Assembly: GCF_963853765.1 (NCBI RefSeq)
Contig: NC_088855.1
Location: forward strand, 34,100,001 to 34,164,000
Direction of reading: 5' to 3'
DNA from: Magallana gigas
Taxonomy: Eukaryota
DNA length: 64,000 nt
The notes under the pieces are model-generated. The model searched no databases. It had not been told where the DNA came from and was given only the letters and a program-made list of their open reading frames with translations. This document shows positions 13,177-24,700 of this stretch, in pieces. The stretch's first letter is position 1. Each line of letters begins with the position of its first letter. A program made the translations under genes and the position numbers.

Positions 13177-13275
13177 TTCCTGTTCCCAAATAATAATAAG
13201 TTACGCGACTTCATGTTCCCAAATAATCATACGTTACGCAACTTCCTGTTCCCAAATAATTATACGTTACGCAAC
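13177..13275. repeat. 33-bp minisatellite, 3 units
   Basis: ttcctgttcccaaataat.ata.gttacgc.ac begins at 13177, 13210 and 13243. Confidence 0.92.
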
Positions 13276-16200
13276 TCGACTTTAACATAATACACTGTTA
13301 TCGCATATTGTCCAGAAAATAATATAATTCTGGTTTAATTCATTAAAAAGAGTAAAATTATGTCTGACTGGCCAAGGTTAAACAGTTATATAATGAAATA
13401 ACTAAATATTTAAAATGCTTTCCTCCACTGCATGAATTATACATTTGATATCGATTTTCTTTATTTCCTGAAATTAATGGTGCACAACCGAAGTCAACAT
13501 TTTTTGTATATAATCGAGTTTTCCAAGCAAAAGGTTTCAAATATCTAAAACACACGTTCTCCATAACGTGCTTATTGGTTTCTTGCCCATTTGCACTTGT
13601 AATTTCAAGCGAAAGTACCAGACGGTTTTTATTACATGTAACGTTATACAAATAGGCAAATTGGTTGTCAACCACCACACAAAAGATGAAATTGTTGAAG
13701 ATACAAGGGTATTTTTTTAATTTATAAAATAGGTATTGGTAATGAAAGAACGCTGATTTAAAGTTGTGACATAAAGATAGTAAGGTATTTTTATACAATG
13801 TATATAATACAGAGATATTTGAATACATCTTATCTTAAATAAAAATTTGATAACCTATTTGATACTAAACGTTTGTTGCCTGCGTTACTGCATGATTCAT
13901 TAAAGGTGTCTAATTTTCTCAAAGTTGTGCATGGTTTAGATGATAAACCAATTTCGTAAGAATATTCATGTGTTCATAGTAATTCTTAAGACATAGGGGC
14001 GATTAAAAGGTATTTAATAGTAGTTGTGATAGGAGTTTGTCGAAGAACTATCTTGTTCATACTTAGGTAAACGTTGTTTTACAGTTTCTCTGAAAAAGAG
14101 TTCACGCCAGTCTTTGAAATATAAAACTTCTAAAAACATACATATGATAAGTTTGTGTCGAGCCACACAAAAGCTGCTAAGTCCGAATATCGAGTATATT
14201 TAAAGACGCTGTAAATCGGTGAACACTGTGCCAGTGCCAAGGTGCTTAAGATGCAGTTCGGAAAACACCACTGTATAGCAAACGATGGCCTAGAGAGTAT
14301 ATAACCATTTTTGTTAATAGTGTGTCTCACTTGACAAGTGGGATATTAATCATTTCAAAGAAAAATAATATTTAGAAAGGAGAAATGATTCTTCTACAAG
14401 AAATATTGAAAATCCAATTAGATTTTCTAAAATTCTACAGGAATGTATTTCCTGTAGGAGAAAAGTATTTCCGACAGGTATTAATTCTAGTCAAGTAGTT
14501 ATTCTATATGAAATTAAGATTTTTATCGGATTTTAAATTCGTATTACAGTTTGTTCACATCCTATTGGGATTAAAATTCAATTTGGAAGTTCTTTAATTT
14601 TGAAATTTTAAAGATTCTATAGAAAATTATTTTCCTATAAGATTAATCAAGAAGAAATCAAAGATGAAAATAACAAAATTGGTTTTAAACACTTTACGCA
14701 ATTGTCTATCGTATGACACATTTTTAATTTTCGAATTCTGGTTTTTACATGGGTGCGAAACTGCTACGTTGGCAATGGCTTAATTATCTGGCACAGTGTT
14801 TATGTCTCTATTCGGTATAAGTTCATTGATGTGTAATGCAGTAGGTTTTTATCATAAAAGCAAAATATCTCTTAACAAGTTTGGGCTAGCTTTTTTTGAA
14901 AGCTAAGAAAGTCAGCCAACAGAATATCAATTTTCAGTTCAAAAGGGAATATATTATCTATTTAAATACAATATTAACATAGTTTCCAGAACAATCATAA
15001 CATGCAGGTGTACGATAAGTATAGCGTGTAGCGGTACATTATTTATAATATAACCTGCAGCAACTGTGCATGCTGTATTATTAAATTGTAACTATGCAAA
15101 GATTGCTCTCTGAAATCCGTTGTCCGATCGTCACATATGTGATAGTTTGACCTAGTTTTATTTTTAGCATTATTTAGTTATTCATTCATTCATTCATTTT
15201 TTCCATCTTTCACTCTTTGCGCTGCACTGAAACTAACAAGTGTGTGTAAACTGAAACACCCCTATTCTAAATAATGGTATAGCCTGTTTAGGTTATTTGT
15301 TTCAGTGATTTGGATTATTCCATTTGAAGACAGGTATTTTTATATTTACGGTTTGTGATTGTTCAGTTTTGGTCACTACTGATAGAGTTTGGCGGGAGAT
15401 ATTCTTTTGTATTCTGGTTTTTGTAATTCTTTAATTGCAACCTAGACTTCTAGCCAGACAGGTGTGTTCTTGAAATTTGGACCAAGACAAAGCATACCGA
15501 CTCAGACCTGTAAGTTATTCTTTTAAAACATAATTCTTTACATAAATACAATTCTAAACTTTTATAGGTTAAAGATTAAAATAAATAAATAAAGTTAATG
15601 AATAAGTATGAGTGTGTAGAGTGAATGTTTTGAATACAGTACAATGTAAATATCCTTGAGCAGTATATGTCATATATATTTAATTGTGTATACACGATCT
15701 TACATATTGTATAAATTATAAATAGGTCAAGTCATATAATGAGCCTGATCCGCAGTGTCGTGCACGCAGTTCCATAAATTGGTAACTATTTGTTGAAATT
15801 CATTATTGTAAATAGTTTTAATATAATCTATATATTAGAGTAATGTTTCTAAGAGTTGGAAATATTATTTAGCATAATATTCAGATTTATCATGTATTGC
15901 GATTAAATGTAATGAAATATAATTGACCTATAAGGAAATGTATGTTATACATGTTTGTGATGTCTATAATGTTTGTATTGTTATAATGGTGTGCTTATAT
16001 GTTTTATGTATTGTTTTAGGGGTGAAACGATTAATGCAACGTAACGGTCAGAATATATAATTTAGAACCCTACAATAGTCTAGTTTTATTTTATTCGCCT
16101 AAGAACGGTTACACATACCACTGGCATTATACATGTTTATCCTCTCCAATCTCACTAGCAGAGTCTGGGGAATAAATACATACATATATATGAGGACTCA

Positions 16201-16305
16201 ACACCGTGGCTGCAGACGATACCCGTGGAAAGTCGGCGTGACTGATGATGCTTAGTTTGAAACTAGTTAGTTTTACAATTCATGAAGTAGGTATATTAGT
16301 ATGAC

Positions 16306-16802
16306 AGGAACATGGTCACGATTTTGGTCAAATTCTACATGTATTTTTCGTTTTTTATTATTTACAATGCTTTAGGAATGCATTTATAGTTATCAAACGA
16401 AATTTGAGAGTCAGTGGTAGAGTTGTAAACACGATAGAGGGCTCACAATTCTTTGCCAGGTAAACAAGGCTCATGCCCTGTTTTTGTTTACTTAGGTTCA
16501 ATATACCAGTAAAAATCTTTTTAAGCTAATTTTTCTATCTTCTTATTCAATTTAAGCATAAACAAACAGTTCCTAACGTTTACCATATTCATTTTAGGAG
16601 TAAAACTGGAATGTTCACTTCAACATTAAAAATGTAAACAAAAGCTTTGTTTACACAGCAAAGAATTGTAAGCTCTGTAACTCACCTAAAACTTAACGAA
16701 TGACACTCAAATTTTGGTTTCCTATAAGAATTGCCTTACTCAAGCATTGTATTTAATAAAATCGAAAAAATAATTTTCGACCCAAATTGTGACCATGCCC
16801 CT
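16306..16802. mobile_element. Same MITE family, copy 2
   Basis: aggaacatggtcacgattttggtcaaa ... aaattgtgaccatgcccct|ttaa. Confidence 0.8.
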
Positions 16803-16829
16803 TTAAGGTATTGACACTGACAAACAGTA

Positions 16830-17420
16830 ACGTTGGACATTTTGTTAAGTGTTTAGACTTATACAAAATGAGACCAAAACTGATAACGAGGAGAGAGAGA
16901 GAGAGAGAGATTGTCAATGTGTTTACCTTTGCAAAGATAATGAACTAATGAACGGAAACTGCAATTTTTTTTACCTTTTTCTAAGTCCAAGGGCAGAACC
17001 CTGTCAAAAAATGCTTGATAGTACCGAAAACATAACTTTTTTTTATTGACAAAGACAGTGGAGAAGGATACAAGTACACACATCTCACAATGGTACAGAT
17101 TGTCTCTTAACGTATAAGAATATAATGTAGGCCAAAACATAACTTGACCTAGATATTCTTATAATAAAAGTGTATTTCAAATTGCATTTCAGTATGTGCA
17201 ACCTCGTCAAAGAAAATGAACGGAAACTGCAAATAATCGGAATTTTTCCAAGTCCAAGGGGCATAACTGTGTTAAAAAGTGTTCGATTGTAGCCAAATCA
17301 TAATTTTAACTAGATATTCTTATGATAAACCTGTATGCTAAATTTCATTTCAGTAAGTGCAATTTCTTGGAAGAATGTTAGTGGACCAACCGTTAAACAG
17401 ACGAAATGGGCATCACAAAA
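16830..17420 (-). mobile_element. HINE-like element with two core repeats
   Basis: Repeated gaacggaaactgcaa...tttt.caagtccaaggg and ctagatattcttat. The 5' end reads ttttgtgatgccc on the - strand. Confidence 0.55.
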
Positions 17421-17677
17421 TTTACATTGTTTATGATGCCATTGACTTCAATATAATTCTATTACAAATAGAATTATAGTGAAGTCAATGGCATCAATAT
17501 CTATATGCGGCCCTGCTCACCTTTGTTTTTATTATAAGCGGTCATGTAAGTCAGTGCCCGCCATTATGCAAGTCTGTAATTATGTCATGCCAAGCATGAA
17601 CCCTTCAAATAAATCTACAATTACAAGTATATCTGCATTCGGCGTTTAGGGCGGATAATTAATACACTGTAAATGTA

Positions 17678-18034
17678 TTTTTAACCGGGTTTTCCAACGG
17701 ATAAATCCGGTTATTAAAATGGTGAAAAGGGCGGGCGGGCGGGCGGCTGCTAAAAGGGTACCCTCATTGTACGGATAACTCCTCCTACAGTTTTTAAGGT
17801 AGGAAGTTGTTCTTTTGCAGATCAATTGTACATATATCGAAGTGTGCATATTGCTAGGATTTTGATTTCCAATAATTTATGAAAAAAATACCAGCTTTTG
17901 AACTTAGTGATTTTTGGCAAAATATTTCATATAGGGTACTCAATTTCACTGGATACGGGTTGACATGGATTATGGATACAGTTCACATAAAAGAAAACCC
18001 TGTTTGCTGTCACATTGACAGCTTTTCACTTGTT
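17678..18034 (+). mobile_element. Complete short HINE (GGGC-microsatellite family)
   Basis: 5' hairpin and sub-TIR ccgggtttt, (GGGC)4 at 17729, 3' sub-TIR aaaaccc, stem gctgtc-acatt-gacagc, and end cacttgtt. Confidence 0.75.
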
Positions 18035-18088
18035 TTAAATATAATTTAGTGCACATTACGTCTTCCTTAAATACTATTACTTATCATG

Positions 18089-19572
18089 TTTGTTATACCC
18101 CTGCAAACGAAGTTTGGGGATGGGTGTATAGGAATCACCTTCCGTCCGTCCATCTGTCTGTTCAAAATTCGTGTCCGGTCCATATCTTTCTTATGGAGAA
18201 ACATTGGAACTTCTTACTTCTTACTAAAGATTGCTTATGACCTAAGGGTGTGTCGTGATTTTTAACCAAGGTCATTCGGGCAAGGTCAATGTCACTGATT
18301 TAAAAAGTGCAAAATTCGTGCCCAGTCCATATCTTTCTTATGGAGAAATATTGGAAGTCCTTACTTCTCACAAAGATTACTTATGTCCAAAGGGTTTGTC
18401 ATGACCTTGACCCAAGGTCATTCGGGCAAGGTGAAGGTCACTGACAGAAAAAGTGCAAAATTCGTGTCCGGTCCATATTTATCTTATGGAAATACATTGG
18501 AAGTTCTTACTTCACACAAAGATTGATTATGACAAAAGGGTGTGTAATGACCTTGACCAATGGTCATTTGGGCAAGGTGAAGGTCACTGACAGAAAAAGT
18601 GCAAAATTCGTGTCTGGTCCATATCTTTCTTATGGAGAAACATTGGAAGTTCTTACTTCACACAAAGATTGCTTATGACCTAAGGGTGTGTCATGACTTT
18701 GATTCAAGGTTATTCGAGCAAGGTCAAGGTCACTGACATAAAAAGTGCAAAATTCGTGTTCGGTCCGTATCTTTCTTATGGAGAAACATTGGAAGTTCTT
18801 ACTTCACACAAAGATTGCTTATGACCTAAGGGTGTGTCATGACCTTGAACAAAGGTCATTTGGGCAGGGCCAAGGTCATTGGCAAAAAAGCGCAAAATTC
18901 ATGTTCAGTCCATATCTTTCTAATGGACAAATATTGGAAGTTCTTAATTCACATCAAGATTACTTATAACCTGAGTGTGTGTCATGACCTTGACTCAAGG
19001 TCATTGAGGAAGTTCAAGGTCATTGTTTAAAAAATGCTTAATTCCTGTCTGTGTCATGTCTTGTATTAATGGAAATAATTAGAAGCTAAAATTTGACACA
19101 AAGCTTGCTTCTCTCAGGCACATAGAATTATTTTTTAGATTCTCATCACCGTCTCTCTGAAAATGGCCTGTCCCGATGTATTTTTTTTTTGGGGGGGGGG
19201 GGGGAACGTGTGGGGAAAAAATTTAGGAATAAAATCAGGCTCAGTATACCAATAATTCAAAATGTTTATATTAAATGGCTGCTTGACATGAGGAATTTCG
19301 TTTGATTCGAGTCATGTGTGTTAACACAAGGATGCAAATGTCCTAGTGCATTAACAGTTAACTTGAACTAAAATGGAATTTAAAGAATTAAAATTGGTTT
19401 GTGTAATCATATTAGCATTAACAGTTTTAAAAAATAGAGCAGTTGTTATTTATAGAAAATGGAAGGTAAAATAGATTCATCCAATATTTTCTATAATAGA
19501 AAAAGTACACGAGTTATGGTTTTTTCTTAGCGGGGGGTATCAATTATGAGCTTGCTCACAGTACCTCTACTT
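18089..19572 (+). mobile_element. HINE carrying a 146-bp tandem array (about 6 monomers, 18164-19040)
   Basis: 5' ttatacccctgc / 3' gcggggggtat sub-TIRs and ccgtccgtccatctgtctg microsatellite. aaaattc recurs at 18164, 18311, 18457, 18603, 18749 and 18894. 3' end tgagcttgctcacagtacctctactt. Confidence 0.85.
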
Positions 19573-21449
19573 ACTGACTGTTTACAGAAATTTGTGTGGT
19601 CGGTAAAGTCCATAGAAGGCGAGGCCGACCCCAAAAAATTTTTGTAAACAGTCAGTAACAAACATAATAAGTGTTTTGTTTTGTCGAGGATCCAAAGTAT
19701 TATATGTAGACAAACAAACGATAATATATAACAATTAAATTCATAGATTAAATCTCTAATTTTTTACCTTCCTCGTCGGTCGTCTGTGCAAACCTGGATG
19801 TCTTTGTAAGATCATAATATTACGTCACGGGCAAAGGGGGTCACTCTAAATATTTTGGGGGTTAAAAATTTAAGGTATATTGAACGTTGAAAAATTCAGC
19901 TCAAATAACGTTACGTCCGCCATGTTGCCGTGTAAATTTTGACGCTTGCCGTGTTAAGAAATTCATAAGGCAATCACGTGACGAGATTCCCCCAATGACA
20001 TCGAGATATTCTAGTCCAAATCAAAACAAATATTTTTATTGGATTGTGGAGTGCATATAATTCGTGATCAAAGACTGCATCAATTTAGTCATGTCTATTT
20101 TTACTTTGTTATGATTTAATCGGTTAGACATCCCTAACCAAAGTATACTGAAACTTTTTAATAATTATTTTCATTCATTTAAACTTATTCTGACACATAC
20201 TGATTATAAACAATATGTGAGGCATGCAAAATCCGAAGCGAGTAGGCTTTGCTGGGTCTTTGCAGAGCGTGTATTCTCACTGGGGGAACAACATACATCT
20301 GTATCATCATATAAACAATTATTATATATCTTAACCATATGAATTTTAATATAAAATAAGAATATGGTATAAGAATTTGAATCACAGTTTGTCTGATTTA
20401 AGACAAGGCAACGAATTCTTTAACAAAGTTGCAAATTAATGTAACACAATTCTTTGGTATTGCTTGAACTAAATAACTGAACAGATATGAACACAGATGA
20501 CTTTTTACGTAGCAGTTTTTGATATATGTACATCTTAATCTATATAAATTGTAGACTGAACATCTTAGCATAACGTGAGTGAAAAACATCTTCAGTGTCA
20601 GTGTGATTATACAAAGTTTATCTCCATTCATTTCTTGCATGTCTTGGTTTCTTTTAGACTCAATAGCTGAGGAATGTAGTATAGATTATAGTATTATAGT
20701 GAGCATACTTTGTGATACAATTTCTGATACATTATCTATCAAATATGACAAAATATAACATTGTGAAGAATAATCAATAATAGCAAACTATTCTTGACAG
20801 TGTACATTTACTATTCTTTTGTTTTATGGTGGAAAAATGTTTATTGAAAACAATATTTCTTGATGTTCTCCTAATTCATCAAGTCCAGCATTAAACAATT
20901 TTGACCTAATAAATGCTGCTCAGTAGGAGCATGGTTTTTGGCCTTACAATCTAAGGTAGGGATTACATAACAGATTTAATTTTGAAATACAGTTTGTGGT
21001 TCCAATTGGTTTGAATAGATACTCCGTCCTAATAATTTGTACAACACTGTTCAATGTTAGCTATAACTAACATTATTATATACCTAATATATTATATTTA
21101 TTCCAAGTTTACTAATTTTAATAAAATTTAATCATTAGTTCTGTGTTATTAACGTACATTACAGCCATGACAAAATGTTTTTACATAAATTTCACACAAA
21201 CTATCATTGCTTTATTATTCATAACCAAATCGTTGTTTTACAGGAAACATGGCGTAGCGACACTTTTGTCATACAATATATGTATTCACGTATTTCTAAT
21301 GCATATTAACTTCCAACACCCTTCACCAATTCATCTCATTCTTTCTTCAAAACAATGACTTGCACTTATAGATTATCAATTAAAAATACACGCCAAAGTC
21401 CTGCGTTGTTGTATAATAGATACAACGAATCAACAAACATGGCGGTGCC

Positions 21450-21702
21450 TATATAATGTCGAGCACATACGAAAGATTTCATCTTGAGCGCGATTTCTAG
21501 CGCAGGCACGTACTCGTCGTCATTAGTTAAGAAAGAAAAGCTTTTCTAGGTCAACATAGAGGACCAACTTTTGGATTGATTTTGTGAACGTATGAATTAT
21601 AATGACGTGGCACACACAGGAAGGACATTAAAATTGATGAGGACTGGCGCTACAAGCTTGACCTGTTAATGCCGTAGTCCGTCGCTCGAGATTCCAATAT
21701 TG
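21450..21702 (+). promoter_or_regulatory. Candidate TATA/Inr promoter and non-coding first exon, possibly of GPCR1
   Basis: YY1-like aaacatggcg at 21435, TATATAA at 21450, Inr-like TTCATCT about 30 nt downstream, a CpG-richer segment, and strong donor TG|GTGAGT at 21703. Confidence 0.35.
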
Positions 21703-24700
21703 GTGAGTTTCTTAACCACGTGTTATTAATTATCTCTACGGTAATAGATAGTACGTGGTACATTATAGCCTATAAGTCCACCTGCTCTTGGACTACCAAA
21801 GTTGAAAGTTGTGTTAATGGCAAGGTCGCATGTGACCTGTTTGGTATTTATTGAGAAAAATAATGCATACGTGTAATTAAAAAGTAAAGATTTTGACAAT
21901 TGTGGTTCTAATTGTGTTTTAAAATACATACGAACCTATATCCAACATTTAATCAAAGCAAATGTATTCTTGTTTCATGATAAACCGGCTTGTTTTATGG
22001 TCAAATACTCAAATTTTAAATTCAAAGCATGAAAATTAATGATATCTTTGAAAATAGTTATTCTGTTTTTTATTCTATGTACTGATGTATCGGGTCGACC
22101 ATACTTGCATCATATAGTTCATCTACTCATTGTTACGTCCTTTAAAAAACGGAAGAATTTAGTTCAACTGCTGTTTATTTTGTGTTTTATAGTTGATGTC
22201 TTCTCATAATAAGAACATCTTGTAGCATAAGTCTCATAATAAGGTAATGGGGAAGTGAAATTTGTTTTTTCTTTAATTGAAAAAAAAACCCTTGTGGTTT
22301 TCTTCTAACAACTCATATTTGTTTCAATTAGGAACCTGTGTTAAAATATTCTGAGATAAAAGAACCAAAAAAATCAATTTAGCAGAAAATGATATTGCGA
22401 TTCGTTATGAACAAAAACAATATGTTTTCTCTGGGGGAAAAAATCAAAATGCTATACAAAAATTAAAAAGAAAAGAAGAATATTCTAAAGAACACTGTTG
22501 TCAAGGATACAAATAAGATTTTTTTTTATAATCAATAGGAGAGAAGAGATAATGTCGAGCATCGATACAGTCTTTTAAAGGATTGCACATGTATCTCGTC
22601 TACCATGGTGCGTCGGCTCAGAATATGAAATATCTTTGAAGTCTTTAAATGACGGAAATCGATGTTTTGACCTCCTTTTGAACATTTCAATTACTGCGAT
22701 TGACACCGGGTATCGATTAAAATTTCACTTGTTTGTATTCACCAAGATCGCTCCTATCTGATTAAAATTTCAGTAGACGGTTTATCATCAAGCATTGCTT
22801 ACCCATTTTGCATCGTATAGTTGCACATCACAAGCTTAAGAGAACAATGATTCTGAACATTTAAATGCAGCATTTGTGTGTAGGTTAGTGTTTGGAAAAA
22901 AACCAGAAAAACATATCACATTATTAAACTCTATATTTGAAAAAAAATGTTTGATGTTAATTTAATTTCTCCGTCAAAATCTATGTGTTCTTTGTTAAAA
23001 CTCGTTTTGACGTTTAGAATATCATGATTTGAAGTAATGTTAATGTAAGCTGAAACAAAGTATATTTGTTTTGGTTACGGTCTTATGAAAGTCGACGGAT
23101 GCAGCTCTTGGATTCAAGAAACGGATATATATGCTGTTCCGAATACTTTGTATCTCGTTTCTATAAAACAATGAACATTTCTCACTAGAACATGTCTTCA
23201 TTGATATTTTCTAACCACAATAGAACGACCGACATGGCTACTTCCAAAATCAGAAGCATTTAACGCCTACCCAAACTGACAAACTGAACTGTGCTGTGTA
23301 TTAAGTGATATCAAGGAAGGTTGTATAATATTAAAGGATGGTACCTTTAAAAATTTTATTGCAACATTGATGTGAAAGTTAGTGTTTTCGAAAAAAAAAA
23401 CAACAATTGAAGAAGTTTTAAAAGCTTTCACATTTCTGTGTACAATAAGAATGTACTATGTATGATAACTTAATTAGGAAACCTATTTGTATTATGTTTT
23501 ATTTTTTTCTTTGGAAGCCCGTATAGTGAAATAGACAAAGGACGAAACTAATTAAGACTAGCTATAAGTGTCGTCTGAGTTTGTATCCGCTTTTCAATAT
23601 ACTGTCTACAAAACTTCAGAAGACAGCGCAGATAGAGAAAAATTTCCAATCAGATTTTAGCATCATTCGCTAAAATCAATGATACACTATATATATAACA
23701 ACACCGCGCAGAAATTCTGTAGACGTGAGTGCTAAGGAGCTGTGACGGGTGCTGTTAGAATACAATGTTCAGCGTTAAATTGTGAGTTAGGAAATCGGCT
23801 AATTAAGGCAATTAAGGTAAGGAAAATGACTGTAGAACAGCTCCTATACATGTAGTTTTCAATCCTGCAACTGCAATGCTTTTGCCGATATCAAACATTT
23901 TTATTTTCTAAGTTTTATGAGAAAAATATGATTTAAAGACAATTGAATATTTCTTCAGTAACTCCGGGAAAATTAGAATTAATATGAACGATTCGTGTAT
24001 TTTTATTGGTCTAATTAGTTTTTCCGAACTATTTTTGATCATTATGTTCGTAAAGGCGATATTTTATGTACTTTGAGTAGAACTGGCTTTTTATTAGAAA
24101 CCTTATTCGTCTATCTTTAATTTCCCTCAGAAATACACTCCTTTATGTGAAAATAAAAAATGGGCACATTTAAAGTCGTTTTAAACAGAAACTAATTATT
24201 AATGGCCAATTTAAATTCGCCAATATTTCAGGTAATATACATTTTATATATATTAGTATTTTGTTTTTTGAGATCATTCAGATTATTCTTATCATTTTAT
24301 GTATATTATATCACGTCGTAATAACGTTATTTTATCGTTTATACCAATGCCAATGCTATAGTGCAGATAACAAACTAACTAGATTATATGAAAGTGACGC
24401 TTGCACATAGGCACTTTTATGGGCTTGATCATGAGGTCTGAATTATTTTGATGTACTCGTCGCAGCAAATTGATAAATAAATTAGTTAACGTTAAGCTCT
24501 TAACACAAAAAGTTAAGCAAGTGAAGCAGAAAGACCAGCCAATATACAATATAATTTTAAGGTACACATCTTTTCAGCATTTTTCCTGGTTAATATATTT
24601 CCCGTTTGATAAAAATTAGCTCGAGCGCTTCGTAAAAGCAGGATGTACCTTTTTGTATTAATAAGATTTTTTGCAACATTTAACAATTCCCTTTATATAA

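Noticed and set aside
16235-16280. Hammerhead ribozyme core (CTGATGA...GAAAC)
   Set aside because: Stem II cannot form (T after CTGATGA, no closing pair) and stem I is only about 4 bp. Other CTGATGA hits (54888, 57173, 12356 on -) lack a properly placed GAAA.
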